DNA from: Phoronis australis | Taxonomy: Eukaryota; Animalia; Phoronida | Direction: 5' to 3' | DNA: 33,537 nucleotides | Assembly (NCBI GenBank): GCA_002633005.1 | Contig: NMRA01000183.1 | Span: 567,008 to 600,544 of the forward strand | Shown here: in pieces, positions 23,783-33,537 of the stretch | How the letters are laid out: each line of letters starts with the position of its first letter | Numbering within the stretch: the first letter of the stretch is position 1 | The notes under the pieces: generated by a model | The model's database searches: none | Told to the model about the DNA's origin: nothing | What the model saw: the letters and a program-made list of their open reading frames with translations, nothing else | Position numbers and translations under genes: made by a program

Positions 23783-25713
23783 AAAACCACTTGGACATTT
23801 TCCTTATATTGAAAATGTGACCTTTAACCTTTGTTGTAAACAAAAGACTGGCGACTTCAAGCAGCAGCTAGACCGATCCATCCAGAGGTAATTGATGTAC
23901 ATAAGGCCTAACTGTTTAAATTTAGCTATAAACATAAAGGTATCGTAGTGCTCAAATATATTCTGTAATGCACTTGGAATTACTTTTTAGCAAATTGCTT
24001 GCTTCGCTGGCTTGCCTCATGCTGTGCTGTCGACCTCAGATTCAGAGTGCGACCACACATGATAAGCTGCCGCAATATCCATCTTGTCAGTCAGCAGTTT
24101 GTCGAAAGACTGTGAGCGCATGCGCGCATTCATCATACAGCAAGTGGTGAGTACAGAGATTTTCCTTTGAGCGTATTTCAGAAATCGTGAATGTTGCGAT
24201 TTTTTCTTGAAATTCCCTCACAGGGGAAAGTGAATAATTCTGTAGTACACGATGCAAGACGGTACTTGCGTCAGGAATTGTTTAAAACACATTTTGACGA
24301 GTTTTCGCGTTCCATGCCTCTTTAACACAAACAACATCATTCGTTACATGGTTGCTAGACCGCACCTTTGCAAATACGGGAATATTATGTAAGCAAATTA
24401 TGTGTATGAATTACGTGTATGAACACAAAATGGCTGTCATACCTAACTTGCACATCTCTCCAGTTGCTATGAGTGAGATAGTTACTGTTTTGGAAGTAGA
24501 CTAAACGTAATAATTACAGTGCACAGACCGAGGCACTAAGTCATCTCACTTTGTATTTTTCACTTCAGTCGTTACAGAAATGAGGAGAGCGTGGTAACAC
24601 CTATGTTAAATCGGTGTATCGCACGGCTCTAAAAAAACTACATCGCCGACACCACCACAGTTTTACTCGTTCCGACAGTTCTAACGAGTCCCATCTGCGC
24701 CACGGCGGCGATAATCCATCAGGCTAATACTGCTGCCAATGCCCATCTGGGACCCTTCTCTGTTGAAGCGTATTGTAACGAAATCAAGCGGCGCTAACGA
24801 ATAGGTTAAATAAAACAGACAGCAGTTTACTGGCAAAATAAATTGACAACTTGAGAGCGAATCATATCAGGTGTATCAAAAAGTTGCTGTTTGAGTTGAT
24901 GTAACTGTGATTAATAAACCGTTTTTCATAAAGTAGAGTAAACTCAACTCAGTTCCGGTCAAAGTGCACAGATTCATTAAATTATTGAGCTAGTAGTATC
25001 GAGGTTTAATGTTGTTTTACTGTATAACAATTTTAGACAACTTATGACGGATTGGCGTTCTACGTTATGCTGCTGCTTATAATATAAAGTTGTGGTGCGA
25101 TCTTTTGCGTCGGATTTCCGCGCCATGAAATATTGCGTCAATTATTCACCAGTTTGTTTTCCCATAATTCTTTTGAAGATATTGTTATAGAAATTATTGA
25201 ATAAGCTGAACTAAAAATTCACCGAGATAACAACGTTTTGAGAGTATAGATTATGTGGAAATTCGCCCACAAATTGCACGAGTTTTTCCAATAAAACTTT
25301 AATAACAAAGTCAATATAATATAACTTACGTTTTATTATTGACAATTGTTAACAGGCAAATGCAAAAAACAACTGGAAAGTACTTGAAGATGCTTAAGTC
25401 AAAGTTTGAGGCTAGTGACAACGGTTGAAAAATTGTCCTGCCCGATACCCAGGATTCTTCTTTTAAAGATGGGGTTCGTGTTTCTCGGGCTGGTTAGCTG
25501 AATTGACGGTGCGGGAGTTTGTTTTCGACTCCGGGATATCTGTAGTTCTACACAGGGGTTCCTGTTTCGATGGAACACACTGCTGAGGTCCGCCAGAAGA
25601 CAACCGCCGAAGATTCGCATAAGCTCGTTGCAAATGACGTTACGCAAGTTTTTGATTGTTTTTTTTTTCGGAGAAACCGGTTGTGGTCTTATGATATTTT
25701 TGACGTGATTAAA

Positions 25714-25846
25714 CACAGGTGGATCTAGGGGGTGGTAGACGCTATAGAAACGTGGGCTTATGTTGTTGTAGGGGTTACGTGGACATTTCCCGATCACTCT
25801 CAAATTGCGGTGAAGCCGCCTTTGCGAAATCCTAGCTCCGCCTAGC
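25714..25846. mobile_element. Degenerate hAT-like MITE
   Basis: CACAGGTGGATCTAGGG ... CCTAGCTCCGCCTAGC, the same TIR type as the 16968 and 22295 elements. The TSD is decayed. Confidence 0.55.
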
Positions 25847-26295
25847 ATTTAGGTGAAGTAAAAACGCAAAGTGAAATGGTTAACGAAGAATTGTTGAAAT
25901 GTGTTTTGTTGAAGCGAATCATCAAGGAATGTTGAAACTGACGGAACTTGACTTCTATGTTGGAAATGATGACATGTCAAAGGCTATGGGAAAACATTGA
26001 TTTTAAGACTTGTAGGGACAATCACAGCGGAGGAAACTGGTTCTCATAATGCGGGACCCATGTAAATGCATATATCAACCTCCTTATTTGGTAAGTCAGG
26101 TGAGTTGACTGCCTGCTAGGGTAGCGTCTGAGCGCTGCGCATTTGCCGTTACTTGGCGAACATCACCATGAAATTAACACGTGAAAGGCAATTGTTCTAA
26201 TGAGATGACCGATCTGTGCCCCTCTTGCGCCTCTGGTCTTTGTTGCTAAATTACTCGTCATTTCTGTGACCAATAACAAACCAGATGAGATCAGA

Positions 26296-26430
26296 ACCGT
26301 TTAGTTCTGCGTATGTACCAGTCTGATTCAATGCTATGATGGTGCTGTAAAGTAAGAATACCGTTTAGTTCTGCGTATGTACCAGTCTGATTCAATGCTA
26401 TGATGGTGCTATAAAGTAAGAATACCGTTT
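26296..26430. repeat. 64 bp tandem duplication (1 mismatch) bounded by ACCGTTT microhomology
   Basis: Units are 26296-26359 and 26360-26423, with a third ACCGTTT at 26424-26430. Confidence 0.95.
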
Positions 26431-29151
26431 TCCTGCTCGATGGAAACTTTCAACACCTCATGATCGTTGTTCACATCGAAAAAATTATCTCTGGCATGCG
26501 CAGTGGCGTTCACGCGGTACGTTCACGGTGTGGGGTTTTTTATGCAAGTGTAACAAATCAAATTTCAAGAGAACATCAAAATGTGTATTTCACCTTAACA
26601 CATACATTTCAGTTCAGTTGCACATTGCATTCGCTCAATTCCATAAAATTGGTGTTAAAGAAGAAACATCCCCTTCTCCGAAGCCTGTCGGTAGCGAAGT
26701 GCCCGACACAGTCACGCCCGCGTGGTCCACGTAACTATACCGCGCACTTAGACGCAACAAAGACATTATGCATAGAAATAAGTGAACAATAGCAACTAAA
26801 AGCATAACAATAAACGTACAGTTACTGACGTTCCGTCACATAAGGAAAAACCCGAGGTGGTTCGTAGAAAGTATGTGCATTCGGTATGATGTATTGAAAG
26901 CTTCTGGTGTGATAGCATGACAAAGTTACCTATTACTCGGTGTAAGAGAATCTATTCGACCCGCAATCACAATGTGTGCCAAATACTAACCGATCAGGAA
27001 GAACCTTGAACTGGGACAATTGTAAATACAAGTCAAGACTTAACAATAGATGCAGTTGCCTAGGATTAAGAATAAGTTCCAACAAGTATGCAGAATACTA
27101 TGGGTTATCAATGTCACCCTGTGCCATGAACACCTACATGTAGGTGTATCAAGACAACTGAGAGTCATAGAAAATAAGGAAATGGAATATAAACAAATGT
27201 AGGCCTACTGGAATAAGAAATATACCATGAAGGGATAAATAGATGGCTGACCATGAAAAATTGTCATAAACACATTGCAATACGCGGCGTACGACGTCAA
27301 GAATCACGAAGATCAAACATTGTCATTGTACGCTCCTGACTTCGTGCTCACGTGCACCAGTCAAATGGCAGCCACTGAAGTGATTGGTCGGCTAGGTTGA
27401 AATGCTGAAAAATGTTTATGTTCCATAATCGAAAATTTGCTGTGTTTCGCGAGTGTTGTTACTTCATGGTCGTCTCGAAGTGGTGTACATCTCAAAGACG
27501 AGGCCACTTGGCCAAAGTTTTTACCATACTAAACTGATTTGCATGCGTATTTGAACATTTGAAATTTTCTTCACTCAGTCATTTCTAGTATTTTTTTCTG
27601 AAACAAATATTTATTCATTTGATTAATTGTATGTTTATAATTTTATGGGTGCTATACGAATACAGAGTGTACAGTTGCACTGTGACCAAAGCAACGTGCA
27701 GACCACAAACGAAATATAAATATTAAAGCGATTTATTGTTCAATATATCGAAACATTTTCATAGCCAGTATATACGGCAGTTATTCTTAATCGAAGCAAG
27801 TGCCCTCGAAAAAAGTCTTTTTTGAATGAAAACAGACTATTTCTTGAGGTCTCAGTTTCACCTCACCAGTGTGAGGAATTTATTTTGAGACACATGAACA
27901 TTTTCATTTAGACTACTTCGCTGCAAGCCAACGAACAGCGGCTAAGTGGTGAAGCATCTTCCTTGAACATTGTAAAACCTTTCCGGACCGGATGAATAGC
28001 GACTTGTTCATTACACTGGCTCATAGCATGGCTTCACATGTACAGTAGCGATTGAAAAAACGTCTGTCAGACAGTGTGTGTTGACGAGCAATGGAGGGGA
28101 AATCAACAATAGTTTTTAAATCCACTTCCTGTCAAGAGGGTACTAGATTGATACTAAAAAGTTTGGCCTGATACTGACGAATTTGAAATGCACAAAGGTC
28201 AAGTGGCAGGCCCAAGTATAGACAGGCCATGCCAGGAAAGTTGAGAAGACGAAATTTGCTGTCGTGTTTTAAATCATGCCTTAAAACACTATTTCTGGAT
28301 AAATAGTGATCTCAATAAAACATAATTGAAAGAACGCATTAAAACTGATAGATATTTTCAATAGTTATTATAATTTTAAGTTGAGGTTCTTGTTGCCGTG
28401 ACAGCCATTATTGGACTGTTCAGGGTAAGATTCGTGTTTCAATGCCACATTCAAGTGTTCTAAAATGCACATTACAATACTTCAGTTCTTTGTACATTTG
28501 ATTTATCAGTTAGCAGTAAAATTACGAGATCAGTATATGCCTGAAATAAGTGTCAGACTGCGGCTCCCACGCTTCGGGACAGATTTGGTGAACTGAAACA
28601 GATATTGATTGTCTCTGCAGACAAAAGAAATGGAAACGTTCAAGCTAAAGACTGGTTTTCGACAAGCGAAATGACAGAAAAGACGATAAATAATATGAAC
28701 TGTGTGAGCTCTGTGTACTTTATGTTTTTCAAGGAGTTTGTGATGTGCTGAGTTATTTTTACCGAACATAAACCCGAAGCATGTGTTAATCATTAATAAA
28801 TTTTTATCTCCCAGACGGCAATTGTTGGAAGTTCCTGGAAAATTCCGTTTTCAAACGTCACCTTCGAAGCGATTGATCTCATGCCAAAATTATCAATATT
28901 AATAAAAATTGCATTGTAGGGATAGATTACGTGCTGAATTGAACATGGTGTGTTTAGTTTCATATTTTTGTCTTGAGGTTGGTATGACATCTAAAAAGAG
29001 AACATTGTTTAACTCACACTGGTATACAAATTCACTCTATCTTTGTTAGGTACTGTATGGCACAAGTCTTTAAATAGCATTGGTTTACCTGCAACACTGA
29101 AAACTCATGCGTAATATACAGGCACATGTACAGTATACTGCACGACTGCCG

Positions 29152-29268
29152 CGTGGGTATACATGTATATACATGTACATACATGTACATACATGTATAT
29201 ACATGTATATACATGTATATACATGTATATACATGTATATACGTGGGTATACATGTATATACATGTAC
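29152..29268. repeat. Self-complementary 10-bp minisatellite (ACATGTATAT)n
   Basis: About ten units of ACATGTAYAT, with CGTGGGTATACATGTA occurring twice (29152, 29242). Confidence 0.95.
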
Positions 29269-30458
29269 AACTGATGTTATCACATTTCTAGCATTTATGT
29301 AAACCAGCTCAAAAATTAAACCAAAAAGGAGCTCGACTATATATGTATAGTTTTATTGTTTTCATGAGGCGCACATTGCAAGCTGAGATAGATTGTGATT
29401 CAACACGCTCAAAATTGCACCTAGGGAAGGCATTGCAACAAGGCGTGTGCCCCTACACTAAGCGGAGATTTCTGATTACACAACGCACCATCTTCTGAAA
29501 GGTCCAATTGTTGAAACTTCACGAGTGCTATTTTTTTCGATTAAAAGTCAAAATGGTGAGAGAAGATTTTGCTAGTGGCGGATATTATGAATTAAATTTA
29601 ATAAAGTTTGCCGTCAACTTTGCGACAATAATGAAACTTTCTATTATTTTTGTTGGATTGCATCATAGATCGTGCATGGTTGGACGACTGGCCTGAAGCT
29701 GCATCTTGTGACCATTTCATGGGTGCAACTTCATTTTTATTTCCTGTATAGCTGGGTATGTCTTCAAGCACTTATTAGAAAAGTACCTCATTTTAAGTCG
29801 CACAGTTTTTCTAAACCATACGATAGTTATTCTCTCCTAATGTAACATTATTTAGTAAGAGGTGGCGTTAATAATCACATGCTCAAAAATTGAGAAGATT
29901 CAAAAGGTCGTATTCGTTAACATAGTGAATACTAAAAATATAACTTATGGTGGGAAATCGTTAGTTTTGAGGATTACCAGGCTTGGAGAACGATATCAAG
30001 AGGCTGGGGGAGTTGGAGATTTAAGAATGACCTCCTGTTTCGTATACGGTATTGCTGCGCCACTAGGCGCATGCGCGTCTGTGAAGAACTGATTGTACAT
30101 GTCTATGCGAAACTGCGAAAAGATACGAGTTCGAATCTAGGCCCATGGGCTTTAAGGCAATATGGCTGTGTTGTCACTGCAGTCAATTTCTTCTGACGAA
30201 ATACGTGTTTTCGTTAAACCAAAGCCACATCAACATTGGAATGAAGTTCAACCATTCGAAAATTTGAGGATCTATTTATGCGCCCACATATTTATATGTG
30301 GACGCATTATGCCGTCATCTCCGTCCGTCCGTCCGTCCGTCCGTCCGTCCGTCCGGGCGGCGTCCGCTGCTTTATCTCCAAATCCCTTTGACATACGTTC
30401 CTGAAATTTGGCACATATGTTCCATTCATGAATGGGACGGCAGGTGCGAACTTTCGGA

Positions 30459-31378
30459 CGGATCCGACTACCAGTGTGCCCCCTAGTGGCAATTTTAATT
30501 TTTTACGCTTACCTTTGTATCTTCACAAGTCCTGAACGGATTTTCATGAAATTTGGTATGTAGGCACCTATTAGTGAGATGACGCTATCTTCCCGTTTTC
30601 AGATGGATTCGACATAGTTTGCGTCACCTAGTGGCCATTTTTAGTGTTTTCGAGTCTGTTTTTGTGCGTCCACCCCTCTATCAACCAAACCGCTCAAAGG
30701 ATGATTGTGAAAATTGGCATGTATATGCTTACTATGTAGAGGACGGTTGACGATGATTTTCCGACGATTTCGACTACTGTGGCGCCTCCTAGTGGCAGTT
30801 TTGTTTTTTTGCGCCTATGGCTGTATCTCCTAAACCGTTCGCAGGATCTTTACAAATTGTGTAAGTATATTTATATGATGTTAACAACGGAAGATGACGA
30901 CTTTTGGTCGGATCCGACTACCGGTGTGCCCCCTAGTGGCAATTTTAGTTTTTTACGCTTACCTTTGTATCTTCAAAAGTATTGAACGGATTTTCATGAA
31001 ATTTGGTATGTAGGCACCTATTAGTGAGATGACGCTATCCTACTGTTTTCAGATGGATTCGACGTAGTTTGCGCCACCTAGTGGCCATTTTTACTGTTTT
31101 CGAGTCTGTATTTTTGCGTCCACCCCTCTATCAACCAAACCGCTCAAAGGATGATTGTGAAAATTGGCGTGTATGTGCTTACTATAAGGAAGACAGCTGA
31201 CAATGATTTTCAGACGATTTGGACTACTGTGGCGCCTCCTAGTGGCAGTTTTGTTTTTTTGCGCCCATGGCTGTATCTCCCAAACCGTTTGCAGGATCTT
31301 TACTAAATTTAGCAAGTGTATTTATGTGATGTTGACAATGGACGATGACGACTTTAGGATGATTCTTACTACCGGTAT
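30459..31378. repeat. Higher-order tandem repeat: two 450-bp units, each made of three diverged ~145-161 bp monomers
   Basis: CGGATCCGACTACC.GTGTGCCCCCTAGTGGC occurs at 30459 and 30909 (period 450). Each monomer contains CCTAGTGGC and an AAATT(T)GG-like block. Confidence 0.95.
30476..31246. promoter_or_regulatory. Array of six co-oriented CTCF-type motifs
   Basis: GTGCCCCCTAGTGGC (30476, 30926), GCGTCACCTAGTGGCCA (30621), GCGCCACCTAGTGGCCA (31071) and GCGCCTCCTAGTGGC (30782, 31232) match the CTCF core GCGCC(C/A)(C/T)CT(A/G)GTGG. Binding itself is not shown. Confidence 0.6.
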
Positions 31379-32072
31379 GACCTCTGTATTTTCATAGGTC
31401 TTCAGGTGTATACTTTGTGTTACTTCGTGACTATGAAGGAAAAGATCCAAGTAGAAATTTGTTTCTGGCATTTTAAGGCTGTGCTAATCTCGTATGTTGG
31501 TAAATTTGTTTTTAATTTTATGTTTCTCTGGTGCTTTAAGCAACTGATGTATAGGATGTGCTTGTATTATGAAGATCACTCACATTTTGCCCCTAGCCTA
31601 TTGAGGAGGCAATGACTATGCCTTTCCATTTTGCAAAGTACAACATACTACATATATGCCCTCTACTGACCACTTTATGGTACCAATAAACAACCCTAGA
31701 AGGATACCGTATACGGTACAATTGTGGGCCCATTTCAACGCTCTGCGTTGCTCTTGTTTTGAGACGGAACTTCAGGCTTTACTTTCATATTGTGAAATTA
31801 AAGATCCTCACTGTTTACCAAATAATATAAATGTTGGATTGACGTAATAAATCAGTCGTAATAACGGTTTAAACGTTGTCAGACGGAATGAAAGATCTGC
31901 TAGAGTTTAATAATTTTTTTGAAAACCAAGTGCTTTCCATTTACGCCTGTACAGGATTTGTAGAGGTATTACTATTTCGTGGCGATATTGTCAGTTCGGT
32001 AATAAATTTCTGTCCATTTTGCATTTCCAATAATATTAAATTGTTTGGAATGGTTGTGCAAAATTTCACCAT

Positions 32073-32469
32073 CAGGTGATGTTCACAAAATTAAAAATTT
32101 GCCTCGGGGCAAATTTGTTTTTAATGTGAAAACATAAAATTTGCGCATGTTTTGAATAACTTATAGAAGTATTATTTGCAGTATCACTTCTTATGGGCGT
32201 CTAATGTCATTGTCCTTAATTATGATCTATTCTACGTCCAATTTGCAGATTTAATTAAATATAAACGTTAAATTTAATGAAAACGTGCAAATTTGCGCTT
32301 CGGGACTGTTTATTTTCCCAAAATATTATGATTTCTGATATCAAAACATCAAAACGAAATTGCCCCTCTCCCCCTAAAGTGGTCACAGAAATAGTTCTAT
32401 TATCCTCCTGTAGATTGCGCCCTCTGGTGCCAAGTGCCACACCTTGCCCGCCCAGCGAAAAGCAGCCGG
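32073..32469. mobile_element. Possible degraded hAT-like MITE
   Basis: Weak TIR pair CAGGTGATGTTCAC / GCGAAAAGCAGCCGG, hairpin AAATTTGCC-TCGG-GGCAAATTT (32095-32116) and repeated AAATTTGC motifs. Confidence 0.3.
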
Positions 32470-32687
32470 AATTACACGAACGCTGCTGGATACATTGCCA
32501 CCAAAGATATTTGTTGCCACTGCGTAAAAATAAAGTGCAATAGACTTCAAGTGTTTCGTTTTCGCCAACACGTGTTCATTTGTAATTCTCAGAAAGCTAC
32601 ATGTTGACATTCGGCTATTATGGCTAAAAATCGTCCAATATCTGCTCTTCACTAACCTAGTATCCCTTCAATAAGCAATGGACTTAA

Positions 32688-33537
32688 AGGAGAGTGCCAC
32701 CCAAAAAGCAATCTATTTTGTATCAGTTTAGATTGAGTAGTTCTACTCGATAACTGCAGGTTCGGTTGCGTTACCTGACACCTGACGGCAGACGGAGGTG
32801 TTGAAATTATCTAATGACGTAATGGGGCTATTCGGACAATTCTCCTCGTGGTGTCGCTGCTGTACTAGTGGTGATTAAATTACGCATGCGTGGCTGTCTG
32901 CATGTAAACAAATGGTAAAAGATGGAATTTTTATCAAAATACGTCGTCGCGCTAAGCCTCATTACTGCTAATTTCCATGGTGCAAGTCTTCGACAGGTGG
33001 CCACAAATTCCCAAAAGACCTAAGGTTACTATATTCGTGGACAATTGCGGTCAACAAGGTCAACTAACTGACAAAAAGTGCGTGAATGCTGAAGCCCCGT
33101 GTTAGCTCTATGACTATGCAGTTCCATTCAAAGACTACACAACATTGTCATTACTTGGTAAGTTTTTAGCAATCAGTTTCTATCAACATCGTTCGGTGAT
33201 GTTATCCCCACCAGTTACCCCACTGAATAACAGCTTTATTGAGTCGAACTAAGTGTTTCTTTTTGGAAACTCACCCGATGCCGGGTAGGCTAGCAGCACA
33301 TATTCATATTGTCCTGGGTGGGAGTGCTCCCAAAATAAGAGGTGTGTGGTACGTGATGCACAGAAGTCAAGAGTGACTTTTTCACAGCAGTTTCTCTTCA
33401 AAACTATGCTGTTTCCAATAAAATTCTCTAGATGAATGAGTTTCCTTATTTTATCGTGGACCCCACCCCCAGGACCACCAGCTCAGTTATCGAATTAACT
33501 TGAATAAGCCTTAATTCAGTAAATGTCGTAACATTGC
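32688..33537 (+). mobile_element. Probable Kolobok-type DNA transposon remnant (right end likely beyond the window)
   Basis: Left end TTAA|AGGAGAGTGCCACCC (TTAA at 32684-32687). TCGATAACTG (32747-32756) is inverted as CAGTTATCGA (33484-33493). The element encloses a THAP pseudo-exon. Confidence 0.5.
32912..33157 (+). pseudogene. Disrupted THAP zinc-finger domain exon
   Basis: MVKDGIFIKIRRRAKPHYC*FPWCKSSTGGHKFPKDLRLLYSWTIAVNKVN*LTKSA*MLKP... followed by a frameshifted LCS...KDY. The C-x4-C, H.FP.D and W..A motifs fit the THAP C2CH signature. A GTAAGT donor lies at 33158-33163. Confidence 0.7.

Larger units (their letters stand above)
30275..31760 (+). mobile_element. Complete non-autonomous Helentron-associated (DINE-1/HINE-like) element with internal tandem repeats
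   Basis: 5' TTT followed by the hairpin ATGCGCCCACATA-ttta-TATGTGGACGCAT (30278-30307); (TCCG)9 at 30320-30355; tandem ~150 bp units containing GGATTTTCATGAAATTTGG-like cores; 3' subTIR TGTGGGCCCAT (31723-31733); hairpin CAACGC-TCT-GCGTTG (31736-31750); then CTCTTGTTTT. Confidence 0.85.

Noticed and set aside
24640-24800. Minus-strand RWALAAVLA*WIIAAVAQ segment resembling a TM helix
   Set aside because: It contains stops, has no recognisable family motif, and is compatible with chance.
25399-25848. 149-aa minus-strand ORF
   Set aside because: It starts inside a MITE with a non-ATG codon, and no domain is recognisable.
29032-29283. Repetitive YMYIHV-type ORFs
   Set aside because: Translation of the stop-free 10-bp minisatellite.
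30162-31397. Several 61-80 aa ORFs (PSVR/TDGR repeats etc.)
   Set aside because: Derived from the TCCG microsatellite and tandem repeats of the non-coding Helentron-type element.
33317-33335. GGGTGGGAGTGCTCCC as the right TIR of the Kolobok-like element
   Set aside because: It is only a partial match and is not followed by TTAA. The inverted subterminal match at 33484 points to an end beyond the window.

Overview
AT-rich eukaryotic (animal) genomic DNA from a draft assembly, with single-N contig joins at 4794, 12708 and 13901 and an N-gap at 17128-17923. The repeat repertoire and apparent heterozygosity suggest a marine invertebrate, possibly a deuterostome (inference). The only convincing host coding sequence is the first coding exon of WASHC5/strumpellin on the minus strand (1012-1233); the gene continues off the left edge. 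The remaining ~32 kb upstream is a nested transposon landscape: two different decayed non-LTR retrotransposons, several Helentron-associated (DINE-1/HINE-like) elements, hAT-like MITEs with 5-6 bp target duplications, TA-flanked MITEs, a Kolobok-like element with a THAP pseudo-exon, and local tandem repeats. Two ~1.2-1.6 kb duplications at N joins are probably uncollapsed haplotypes. The most interesting observation is a structurally complete ~1.5 kb Helentron-type element (30275-31760). Its internal tandem repeat carries six same-orientation CTCF-type motifs spaced 145/161/144/145/161 bp apart, making it a candidate mobile insulator/boundary cassette. All translations and alignments were done by eye; no database searches were run.
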